Origin: Podarcis erhardii
Lineage: Eukaryota
DNA length: 64,000 bases
Direction: 5' to 3' (one strand)
Assembly (NCBI GenBank): GCA_964252035.1
Contig: OZ176205.1
The position numbers and the translations under genes were made by a program. The notes under the pieces are model-generated. The model worked only from the letters and a program-made list of their open reading frames with translations. It was not told the origin of the DNA and searched no databases. This document shows, piece by piece, positions 48,366-59,502 of this stretch (the first letter of the stretch is position 1; every line of letters begins with the position of its first letter).

Positions 48366-50679
48366 AGGTTTCTGCCTCTAAAATGGATCTCCAATTTCTC
48401 TTCTAAGTGAAGAACCAACGAGTTGTTGCAGAAGCAGATCACAACAATTGAATGGCACATTTTGCCATTTTTAAAAATAATTGCAGGGGTGTATTTTCTA
48501 GGCAGAGATGGATCAGGGAACTCTCTTGGCTGCCCGTGTATCTTTTCCAACACCCACTTTTTATTGCTCCTTCATCGTAAACAAGGATTTGACGCACGCT
48601 ACCAAATGTGCACACACACAAACGCACACACTCCTCTAGAATAAAAGCTAAACATAGAAGGGGCTGACTGCTTATTTTCAGTATGTATAATCCAGAGAAA
48701 ACTAGTGGGTGGATGATAGAATTTGAGAAAGTTGATAGTCAACACAGTCCCCAATATTGCTTACTCTATATTATACCAAAGAAAGTGAAAACACACTTTG
48801 GCTTTGGTCCTCTAGCTCATCCAGACAGCATTTTGCTATTATTTTCTCTGACCTTTTCTCCTTCCTCACCTTCTGCATTTTGAATTTGCATGTTTTAAAG
48901 CAGGCCTCTCTCTCTTTTAGATTTGGCCAAGGTCAGGTTTTCCCTCCTAGGCCTTTTCTTTCGTATCTGTCCCCTTCCCTTGTCAAAACAATACTACATC
49001 AGCAACCTGCACATCTGAAATGGTATACTAAATGAAACTTGTTCCACATCCTGATCCTGCTTTCCTTACTTACCTCAAATTGCACAAGGTGTCATAAGGC
49101 CCTGCTGAGTGAGAGTTTAAAATCTTTCGGGAGTACCTGTTGTGTTGGAGGTGTTGGGAAGCCACTCACCTTGCTGAGTGTTTTGCAAATACTTAACATT
49201 ACTATTAATTTCCAGAAGACTTAGCAGTCCTCCTGGCTATTTGCAGCCCAGACCTGCCTGAGAGAAGTCAGATGCTATACAGCAAAGCATGCAGGTATCG
49301 CCTAGTCAATATTCCACATTGTAGATGCCATTCACACTTACTGCTGTTGTATCGTCTGGTGCTCACTTCCCCACCCACCTCAACAAAGTTTGGGCATACT
49401 TATTTTTACAGCTCTTTCCAGTTTTGTTTACTGTAAGTGTTCCCCCTTGTTTATGCAAAGAGTGGAAGGCAAAATTCCTTGCAGTAGAAAATTGTATGGA
49501 GCAGATAGGCAGACAGACAGATAGCTATTCCTTTCGAGAAGAGTGGGTAGAACAGAGCTGGGGGTGGGGGGTGGAATTGAAAGCAAATAAGGAACACATC
49601 ATGCTTCAAAACTGGCTGTTCCAAAAAGAAAAGAACTTGACCGAAACATAACCTTCAGTGTGTGATATTACAAAAGAACTGACTGCAATTTCCCCCGAGT
49701 CATTGTGAAGATTCAGAATGCCTGAGGGTCTCTCTGAACGAGGCAGACCGGCTCCTGTGCTGAAAAATATTATGCAGGTTCCATATTTCAATTTTTAAAA
49801 TTATTTATTTTAAAATGGCAATATCAGACTACCTTTGCCTTAGCAGGAAGCAGTAGGAATGATGCTGAATCATCGGAGCCATCCTTTTAGTGGCAGTTGG
49901 AGTGCTTTCACAAAAAGTAAAAAAAAAGGGGGGGAGGACCTTTAGGGAAGCCAACAACCTTTGAAAACTTTTCCATTCAAACAAAGGCTAAGAATTTGAG
50001 GGATATGTTTGTCCCTCTCCAATTATTAGAGGAAACCAGGATGTGTGTTCATTTGCATTCTTGTGATTATAGAGATACCAAATGAAACTAAGATTGTGAT
50101 CTTCTTATGCACTCTTACTTGAAATTAAGGCTAACTGAATTCAGTAGAAGACTCTTCTGAGTAAAGACATTCATGAGGGTGCGCTGTCAACAGGTGTGGC
50201 ACACCTGCTGTTCTCAATTATTCATGTGTCATCTTTTTAAAAAACAAGCAAACTTTTTAGTCTAAAATATAGACCTAATAGGGTTGTGTTGTAGCTCTCT
50301 GCCAAGGCAGGAGCAGAAGAGCTCTGATCCTAGTACTATTCCAATCCTCTCATCTCATCATTGGAACTGACTTTCACCTTTCATGGAGTTTTCTCCTTTC
50401 CCTGGCTCAGTCTGACAGAGTTTCCTTTTGGGTCTGACTCCATTTTTTTATTTCCGTGTGTCATGCCCCCCCCGCACCCCCCCCCCAAGAAACACATCTA
50501 AAGTAAATGCCCCAAAGCTTGCATTTCTACCAACAAGTCAGTGCTGTTCAATGTATTATCTCAACCTGCTTATGTGCCTTTGACTTCTGATATCATCTGT
50601 TCTGATATGACTAAATCGCACTTGAAGGTTAACAAGGGGGTGGGAAGAGTGGGATTATTGAATCCTTACGTGACTCCCG

Positions 50680-52150
50680 ACCGTGGTGGGATGTTTGGGT
50701 TTTTTGTTTTTTTAATTACAATAAACCAACTGCTAAACAGACGCTTTGTCCGCCCCACCTCATCATGAGGACGAAGTATCAAGATGGGAAACAGTTTTAT
50801 CTCAAGACCTAGTTATTTCACTCGAGGAAACGCGTCTAGGGTATAAAACCCCTTGGGTTTCAGTGGGACCGGCTCCCCAAGGCTGAGGTCAGCGCGCAGG
50901 GGCTGAGGGGAATCAAATTGGCGGGGAAAACAGACGGAGGTTCCCTGAACGTTTTCGCCCTCCGCCCTCAGGATCCTCCGTCGAAATCGTGTCAGCATGT
51001 TGCCAATAAACATATATCCGCACGTTTTAAGTAGGTCTGCCGCTTCAATTAATCCCTGTTCTGCGTCAGATACCCTCCCTCGCGACTCTTCTGGGGTATT
51101 GAATCCTTCGTAACCCTAAGAGGAAGGAATATCCCCCCATCGCCTCAGTAGAATTTTCTCCTTTAATTTTGTTTCCCCCCCTCCCAGCACAGGAATTCTG
51201 AGGGGCAATGGTGACTGGGCAGGTGGAACTTCTCCATCACCTGCCTGGGAAAAGACCTGAGCCTCTGCCTTTGTCACCCGGCTGTTAAAAGCGGGCTGGG
51301 GCGGGATGGCATCCCTTAGGAAGGGAGGCAGCGGAGCCCCGAGGACGGAGCAGTCAGGGGAGCTCGAAAAAGATAACAGCTGGCGCCACCTTCTTCCACC
51401 AAAATGCTTGTTTTCAAGGTGTAGGGAAGGCAGTGGATAATCGTTAGGTGCGCCCCCCCCCCACGAGCCCTCGACCCAGTGAAATACAAATCGATAGGCT
51501 GGGTTCTCCGACCCAGGTCAAGCGACGGCTCTCTGAGGTAAGGACGCCCTAGGGTGCTATGGTGAGGTACACGCTCGCGTAACGTGTGAACGCAACTCAG
51601 TCGTGTGCTTTTGTTTCCCTCCCCCTTGTCTTTCCCGCCTTCCCCCGTCAGGTGATGAAGCTGGGGAACCCGGAGATCGCTCGGCAGCTGCTTCGGCGGG
51701 GCGCCGACCCGGACCTGAAGGACCGCACCGGCTTCGCCGTCTTGCACGACGCGGCGCGCGCGGGCTTCCTGGACACGCTGCAGACTTTGCTGGAGTTCAA
51801 TGCGGACGTGAACGTGGAGGACGCCGAGGGCAACCTGCCCTTGCACTTGGCCGCGCAGGAGGGCCACCTGCCCGTCGTGGCCTTCCTGCTGGAGCGCACG
51901 GCCAGCCGCGTGGGGCACCGCAACAGGAAGGGCGACACAGCCTACGACCTGGCTCAGCTCTACAGGAGGAGCGCCGTCGCCAAGCTGCTCGAGGGCCGCG
52001 CAGGAGGCAGCGGGCGGACGGAGGGCGCCGACGGCAGCGGGGACTGAAGCCCCCGGCCGCGCCTGGCTGGCTCGCTCGGACTCCGGCAGAAGGAGGGAGA
52101 GCTTCTGCCTTCCCTGCCCACCCTCTCCCGCCCCTTCTCCCCCTGTCCCG
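50680..52150. promoter_or_regulatory. Intragenic CpG island over the end of the CDKN2C intron and the last coding exon
   Basis: Dense CpGs from about 50.7 kb through the stop codon. Confidence 0.8.
51652..52047 (+). CDS. CDKN2C: CDKN2C coding exon 2 (ankyrin repeats 2-5; VMKLGNPEIAR...GADGSGD*); total protein 174 aa
   Basis: Polypyrimidine tract and CAG| acceptor at 51651. Translation matches p18 (KDRTGFAVLHDAARAGFLDTLQTLLEF, GNLPLHLAA, VGHRN.KGDTA). Stop TGA at 52045-52047. Confidence 0.97.
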   Translation: MMKLGNPEIARQLLRRGADPDLKDRTGFAVLHDAARAGFLDTLQTLLEFNADVNVEDAEGNLPLHLAAQEGHLPVVAFLLERTASRVGHRNRKGDTAYDLAQLYRRSAVAKLLEGRAGGSGRTEGADGSGD

Positions 52151-52296
52151 TCTCTCCATCTTAACCAAACCACACCAGTAAATATTGTAGGTCTCTTTCC
52201 ATTACATTGCAGACGTGGGGGTGATTTTCTTTCTTTCTCTGGAAGAAGAAGAAGAAATATCACGCCAGTAGCAGCAGCTTTTCTCAAAGGCGGGAG

Positions 52297-52302
52297 AATA
52301 AA
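52297..52302 (+). terminator. Candidate proximal CDKN2C polyadenylation signal (AATAAA)
   Basis: First AATAAA after the stop, followed by a CU/U-rich tract. Further AATAAA at 53400 and 53544; which is used cannot be determined. Confidence 0.45.
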
Positions 52303-52319
52303 ACCAGCCTGACGGCCGG

Positions 52320-52325
<6 letters not shown>

Positions 52326-52367
<42 letters not shown>
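52326..52367. repeat. (CT)n microsatellite, one interruption
   Basis: Seen directly. Confidence 0.97.
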
Positions 52368-55048
52368 GCTCTTTGCCTCTGTCTCTCTTAATTCTTTTTT
52401 TACTTGGTTTATTCCGTCCCTTAAAAAAACAAAAAACAACCCTCCCCTGCCAACACAACTTGTATAAGGACCCTCTTTATGTTTGCAGATGACTTTCCTC
52501 TTTCTTCTTCTTTTAAAGATCTTTGAAAGTTTACTGTGATTTCTCCTCCCCTCCCCTGAATATCATCTTGCCTAACAAAGGTTAAAAGAATATGAAAAAA
52601 CACATGAAGGAGTGTGTGACATGATGTGAAAAGGGCTTCTTTGCCCAAAAGGGGGAGAAAGAGGGAGGGGAATAATAACTTTGGTTGTGTTTAGATACAT
52701 CTAGATACTTAACTAGATGGTGACACTAACAAAAGCTTTTGATTTTGTATTTCTTGCGATTGTGGCTGCCATCCTAAACCATTTGCAGTGCAGTCCTATA
52801 TGTGTGTATTCAGAAGGAAGTCCCACTGAGTTCAATGGGGCCAAATCCTGGATTGCAGCCTTGATTTGAAGAAAGTAATGTTGAAATCATTGGGATTTAC
52901 TTCAGAGTAAACGTGTTTAGGATTGAGGTTTAGTGGGTTAACAGAGTGTGCCTGTGCTGGTGCAGGGGAGGGAGAGAAGCAAAACGTGTCTGGGTGTTTG
53001 TTTTAATGTCGAAGGTTCAGGAATTCATCAGAAAAAAGTATTTGTTTTTTATAGATTTGTTTATAAAGATCAGTTTTCCCCTCGCTGAATTCCACATGAA
53101 TAAGGTTTTACCAATTTGCTTTTCACAAAATGATATTATGACCACAAACACAGCAGTTTCGAAAACCGACCTTGCAATATGGAGATTAATTCATAAGATT
53201 AACTTGTGTTTACTGCCTTTTGGGGAGTGCTCCAAGAACGAGTCTTGTTTGGTTGAACACCATTTACTCCAGATAGTTCCATTTGTTCTCACATAATGAA
53301 GCCAGAACAAGAATGTCTTGTTATGGGTTAAGATTTGAAAACCGAGGTCAAAGCCTGCTTTTAGAAAGTCAGTGAATCACTTTAAACGTCATTATACTGA
53401 ATAAAAGCTGAAGGATTTAAAACATATTTTAAAAGCAAAAATGAGAAGGGGGAAGTGATTTAAAATGGACTGTTTTAGTTCTGGTTTTTAAGCTTTCCAG
53501 TAGAAAAAAAGGAAGGGTGTTAAAAACATTTATTTTGCATAGGAATAAACTACAAAATCTATAAGAGTTTTATCACATATTTAAAATGCTCTCACTTCTG
53601 ATACTGCTTTCTGATTAAAAGCCTCAATGTGTTGCGAAGTTTGGAGGATATCTGTTTTTATTTTCACCGTGTTCAGCAAATAACTTCTTTTTTTAAAAAA
53701 ATCAGACATGTCGCAGGACGGGGTGTGTGGCCCTGTGAACGAAAGGACACATTGAAGGATGTGATTATCATAAACATGGGGGAATGTAGAAGTGTTTTAA
53801 TTCAAGATTTTGGGTTGCTACTTCCAAGAGCGCAACATAGCCAGCTCGGTGTCGTTTCCCTGTCTGCGAAACTGTAATATTAGGCTTGAGAAATTGGTAA
53901 GATTTGCCCCCTTCCCCATTTTTTTAAAAAAAGAGTTTTAGAAGTGGCTCCGGACAGTTTTGTTCTCTGCTGAAATGAGTGTCTTATCTGAACTGCACGA
54001 GCTTATTCTGCACTGAACCGAGGTTTCAGAAGGGTCAGATTAAAAAACAGCGAGTTCCACCGCTAATAAAAACAGCGACCTTTACTGCAAGCCAGAATTT
54101 AACCCAATCATATCCTTTACTGAATGGTCTCTTTTTCTTGTGAAATCAAACTGTGGCCATTTAAAAGCAAACCAGAAGCCAAACGCTAACCCTGGATTTG
54201 CCATTTGATAAAGAATCTGATTTTTTTTAAAGGGGGGTGTGTGTGAAGAGTTCTGGTCGGTTAAGCATGCAGTTGTACCAGCTTAATGAGCTTTAAAGGT
54301 TTTAGCTTTGGTTATCCAAAAAGCTAAACTATTAATATTCGAAGCTGGTGGTACATATAGTGACAGGCCTTTTAACAAGCGACAGGAGTTGGCTAATGGG
54401 TTCAAAAACAAAACACGGAGAGACACAAAATATAGTCAAATTTGTCATTGCTTTGCATTATTCGCGCAAAAGAAACGTTATGAACTCAGCGTGGTTTCAG
54501 AAATGAGTTTTACGGTTCCAGGGCTGTAAGGCCAGAAGAAGAGGAACACTCATTTTTAAACAAGCAATAAAACCCCAAAGTTTCAGCATTATTTTTAGCC
54601 GACAATAACTCTTGCCCTGGATATTGTCCGTCTAAAAGCAAAGAATGTGGATTTAGTCTCATGACAGACCTAACCAACCTTTATAAAATATTGCATAAGC
54701 AATTGAAGATGTTAGGCTTTTAAAAAAGTGCTTTACAGCCCAGTTCTTCCCATGACTACTCAGAGGTAAGTCCCCTTGAGTTTAGTGAGGCTTACATAAA
54801 GACAAGTGTGTATAGGATTGCGGTCTTAAGCTACGAACCCAAGAGCACTGCTGAAGGGTGAGTGGCAACGATCCTCAATACCATGAACACTATTATTTTA
54901 AGAGCGCGTTTTGCCAAGTAAGCAAGCTGAAGTCATATTTCGCAAGCAAGCCTCCTTTCAATTGCACTCACTCCCCATTAGAGTATGCGCAGGATCGTGG
55001 CCCAAGAGGTGCTTATTTTAGCGTGCTGATCCTTGGAACCAAATATCC

Positions 55049-55049
<1 letters not shown>

Positions 55050-55080
<31 letters not shown>
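55050..55080. repeat. (CA)15 microsatellite
   Basis: Seen directly. Confidence 0.98.
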
Positions 55081-55087
<7 letters not shown>

Positions 55088-55549
55088 ATCGAATACGAAT
55101 ACATATGTCTTGGGGTTAATGTTTAATAAACAGTCTAATAATATAGATAGGGATGAAGAAAATGTCAATTGGCTGCGATGCGCTGGGCGGAGGGGTGTGT
55201 GCGTGCACGCACTATAGCGTGTGCCTGCTACAAGATAACTCCTGTAGTCTTGGAAAGTAACTAGCAAAAGTTTCCATTAAACTTACTTTCAAGAAAGCAC
55301 CATCAGGAAAAGCGTTTACAAACAGGACCAATAGATTTCCGCAGAACTTCCTTCCATGGGAGAGCAAATGAGGTCAGAAAAGTCCTGTGGACTCCTATGG
55401 CTTAGCCTTAGGAAGGAAAGTGGCATTTATTTCGACAAGATTTCCTGCCAAGAAAGTGTGTTTAGGATTAGGGGAAGCTGACTTAGTGGGAGCAGGTTCA
55501 GCTGAAAGCAACGCCACTTGCTTCTAAATAAAAGGATGGAGGTGCAAGT

Positions 55550-56920
55550 CAAATCTGGAGCGATTAAGACTGGGTGTGAGTGTGCGTGGGAGTCAATACA
55601 TGGCATGCTCCGGTAAAACGGGCAGCGATCCAATGCACATTCAGCACACCTAGCAGCCCTTAGATCCCACGGGGTGTAAGCGCGCATAATAAAGCTGCCC
55701 GGGTGGCATATAAAGTTCATGTCCAGGTTCCTGACAGGCTTGGCAACGGCGCGCTGCTCGATCACAAAACTGAAAACGTGCAGCTTCCCAAGCATTTGAA
55801 CAAATCCACACCCCTCGCCCTTCCTGGGTGCTCTCCGCCCGCAAAGGAGACGTGCGTAATTTTAGCGGCTCCACCAGGCTGCTCCTCGTCCCAGGTATGG
55901 CGCAGGAATAACAGCCAACACTTGCCCGCCTATGGCGCTCCTGAAACCTGCATCCCGCTTAATAAATCCGTTTGTTTGTTTTTTTTGTAAGCGGGTGGGG
56001 GGCAGGATCCCACCCCGTCATGGCAGGCCGGCTTCTTTCCCCAAGAGCCGCTCTGGCCCAGAAGCAAGGCGCTCAAAATGTCGGTGTTCACATGGCCTAC
56101 GCGCCCGCCGCCGCGCGCCTCCTTCCCTCCTCGCGCGCCTCCTGGAGCGAATCTGCCGGCGGCGGGCGGTGGTCGTGTGGCCGGTGGCGCGAGGGCAGAA
56201 GACGGGGCCCACCCGCGACCCGTGTCCAGAAGCCGAGCGGCCGAAGGGGAGGAGAAGAGGCAGCCTCTGGACCGTTACTTTCCCCCCGTCCCTCCCCTTG
56301 ACGGTTTCTTTTCCCCTGCTCTTCCTGTCCAAACATTTTTAAATTTCCGCGCCTTCGCCGATTTTATTTATTGGGCTTCCTCCGCGGGCTTTGCCGGCCT
56401 TTCCTCCGCGGGCTTCGCCCTTCGGGTGTGTGCGGGACTTTCCCCTCCGCCCCTTGCCCGGCGTGAGGGGGCTGCAGCCCCTTCTTGGAGGCAGGAGAGA
56501 CCCCCGAGGGAGAGAGGCCGCGCGCCTTGCCTCGCCTCTGGCCTGGCCCACCTGGCTGCGAGGAGCTCCCAGGTCGCCTCTGCAACCTGCTGCCACGCAG
56601 GATCGGGCGAGAGGTGGTTATTCCCCTCCCGCCCTCGCTCCGCGCCAAGCCAAGCCAAAGACGCCGGAAACTCTGGAGAAGAAACTCCATCCCTCCGCCG
56701 TTTTCCTTCAGTGAAGATGCCGTGGAGGAGGCGGTGTGCATTTGCGCACTTCTGGGAAGCGGGAGTTGCTCCTCTTCCTCCTGGGAAAGCCAAAACCAAC
56801 TATGAGAGATGCCAGGCAGCGGCGGCGGCGGCGGCGGCAGCCTCTCCTTGCTCGAGGCGGGTTCATCCCGTGGAGAGAGAAAGGAAGCAGCGTTGTCTTC
56901 AGGTTTGCGGCAAGTGAGGT
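55550..56920. promoter_or_regulatory. Orphan CpG island downstream of CDKN2C
   Basis: Very high GC/CpG content, (GGC)n at 56819-56837, no recognisable protein in any frame. Confidence 0.8.
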
Positions 56921-57144
56921 ATTCTTCTGATTTTGGTTATTTTAAAGTTACTCTGGCTTTACAGGTAATAATAATAATAAAAATAAATTTGACCCACAAA
57001 CGTTAATATTGATTTGACATGTGAAATATGATGTCATCAAGTCATAATATTACATGCCTATAAAACAGCAGCCTTCCCTGGAAGTCAGGTTAACTTGCTT
57101 ATGTCAAATTCTGCTCCCAGCATTAGTGCCAAGTTAATAAATAA

Positions 57145-57325
57145 AAAATAATAATAATAAATTTTATTTATATCCCGCCCTCCCCAGCCGAAGCCGGGCT
57201 CAGGGCGGCTAACAACAATAAAACAGTGCAAAAGTACAGCACAAAAAACACTCTAAAATCATTCATTATAAAATTAATTCAATAAATTAATTCAATAAAT
57301 TCAAATTAATTCAATAAATAAACAG
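57145..57325 (-). mobile_element. L2-type 3' tail with (AAT)n and short tandem AATTAATTCAATA repeats
   Basis: ATTTATATCCCGCCCTCCCCAGCCGAAGCCGGGCTCAGGGCGGCTAACAAC is typical of reverse-oriented lizard L2 termini. Confidence 0.55.
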
Positions 57326-58882
57326 CAGGGAACCCTCTCAGTTCAAATTCCAGATGAAATATGCTCGCTTGTCATTGTCACCATCCTGAGAAGACGATGC
57401 CCAAGTGATAAGAGCCAAATGGGGTGCTGAAAGGAATGAAGGGTGGTTAAAAATCTGTGGGATCTCATGCCAAGCCATTTTTAGAAAGCAACCAGAAATA
57501 AGATTCCAAGGCTTTTGCACCTTTGAATTACCTGGATGTAGCCAACGTAGTTTTAGGTTTTGACTGTCAAATATCACTCTAAGCAAGCTTTCATTGTGGC
57601 ATCACCTTTTAAAGTGAGAAACAGTGTTAAGAAGCAGGATATTATTAAACATGCACTTTTCCATACCCCTTAATGGCTTTGGGACTTGAGCTTTCCCCCC
57701 AAAATCTAAAAAACAAAACAAAAACAGATTAACATCAGAGGGCACCAACTGACATAATGTTACATCTGGGGGAAATATCCAAAGCATGAAGACTATTAAC
57801 TGTTGGGAAGAGAGTGTACCTATTCTCTTCAGCCTATCCTCTCAACGGCATTGCAACTGAGAAGTAAGCTGAAAGCTCAATTGATTAATTCAGTGCTCCT
57901 AGTTAAATTTCATTTTCATTGAAGTCAGTATTCTGGGGTTCCGATTTTTGCTACTTCTGAAATAACAGATTTATGGGTTTATCCGGCACAGCGTTGGTGT
58001 TCTTTTCTTATTTACTATACTATAGTTCAATAAAGGTAGCAATCATTTATGTAACATAAGCCCTGGGGGAGATGCAGATACAATCCAATCTTCAGAATTA
58101 AGTGTTTTATAACCATAAGGATTTTCAGCTAACGGATTCAAGGCATGGGAGGAGAAAGGTTGGTATTAAAGGTCAGTACTGGAGTGTGCTGACTTGCGTT
58201 AAGGAAATATTTAGTTTTACTGCAGTGCTGCAGCAGCTGACATTTGAAGAACTCTACAGTTGCCTTTAAGATGATAAGCTCCACAACCTTGCAGTGGAAT
58301 TCTTTTCAGAGTTTAGACGACAATATAGTGTAACATGTAATTCAAATTTTCTTATCCCCTGTTTCGGAAACTCAGAGCAAAAACAGTTATATTCAAGTAA
58401 CAGCCATTTTACTGGAGCTTTAAGTAGGAAACACCATTTCAGGCCTTGAATTTTAAGTTTCCTGTTCAGTTTCATACTAAATGAAATACATGGCATTTGG
58501 GCCCTATTTATGTCCTTGGCAAGGGCATTTTCTCCTACATGTGTGCTAGTACAAAGGTGATCCAGCATCCGTTTTGCATGGTGACATCTTATAGCCAGGA
58601 TTATAATAGAGACTGCATCTTGGCAGTACTGTCTATTCAAATATCAGTTGTTATTTCTATTTTGGGTTGCTGCTGAACAAGGAATGCACGATGTTTGAAA
58701 AGTATCCAGTGGTTATTTACTTTAATATGTATCCCTTTGTGGCTGGAGACAAAGATCAGTAGCTTTTACCATAGTATGTTCATAGGTCTTCCCTAGAGGG
58801 GGAATAGTGTTGTCATAAGATATAATATGCCCAGCCCATTTTGGAATATAGTTATATGTTCACAATTTGAATGAGAATTAAG

Positions 58883-59032
58883 TCACCTGTAGCTCAGTTG
58901 GTAGAGCAAGAGAGTCTAAATTTCAGGATCCTGGGTTCGAGATCCACGTTGGGCAAAAGATTCCTGCATTGTAGGGGGTTGGACTAGATGACCCTCATGG
59001 TGTTTTCCAACGCTACAACTCTGTGAGTCTAT
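58883..59032 (+). mobile_element. tRNA-Lys-derived SINE with CR1-type 3' tail
   Basis: TAGCTCAGTTGGTAGAGC (A box) ... GGTTCGAGATCCACGTTGGGC aligns with tRNA-Lys(CTT); followed by GGGGGTTGGACTAGATGACC...TTCCAAC...CTCTGTGAGTCTA (CR1 terminus). Confidence 0.8.
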
Positions 59033-59369
59033 AACTGATGCCGTTCACGGGAGCAGATATAGTTCTGTACTACTATGTTAGTCTACGAGGCAAAAAATTA
59101 ATCTTAGGGCACCTTAAACACCAACGTTTATTGTACCATAAGCTTTCACGGACAAGAAATCACTTCATCAGATGAAGGCAGTATTACCCTCTTTGTATAC
59201 CACAGAGATACAGAGAAAAGAAAATGTAAACAGTCCTGTTCCATAGTTGTTCATGTATTGTTAATTATGTGATTTACAAGTGGCCAAATGTACACAAAGC
59301 AGTGTCCAGTGTATGTGGAAAAACACTCTGGAATAGTATTGCCAGTGGGTTTGGGGGGGTAAGGAGAGG

Positions 59370-59371
<2 letters not shown>

Positions 59372-59411
<40 letters not shown>

Positions 59412-59502
59412 TTATTATTTCCCCAGCCACTCTGGGCAGCTTACAACAAAATATTAAAAATACAATAAAACATTAAACATTAAAAGCTTCCCTAAACAGG
59501 GT
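59372..59502 (-). mobile_element. L2-type 3' tail with (AAT)13 microsatellite
   Basis: (AAT)n at 59372-59410 followed by TTTCCCCAGCCACTCTGGGCAGCTTACAAC. Confidence 0.55.

Noticed and set aside
51316-52458. 380-aa antisense ORF over the last CDKN2C exon
   Set aside because: Very high GC3 on the sense strand removes antisense stops. The ORF runs through a microsatellite (RERERE), has no recognisable domain and lacks supporting splice or promoter signals.
55932-56917. Long overlapping ORFs (up to 279 aa) in the orphan island
   Set aside because: Open in several frames and both strands, low-complexity Arg/Pro/Ala/Gly, mostly non-ATG starts: a GC-rich artefact.
58883-58955. tRNA-like sequence whose anticodon position reads CTA (amber suppressor?)
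   Set aside because: Acceptor stem largely unpaired, anticodon stem mismatched, and fused to a CR1 tail: a decayed SINE head, not a tRNA gene.
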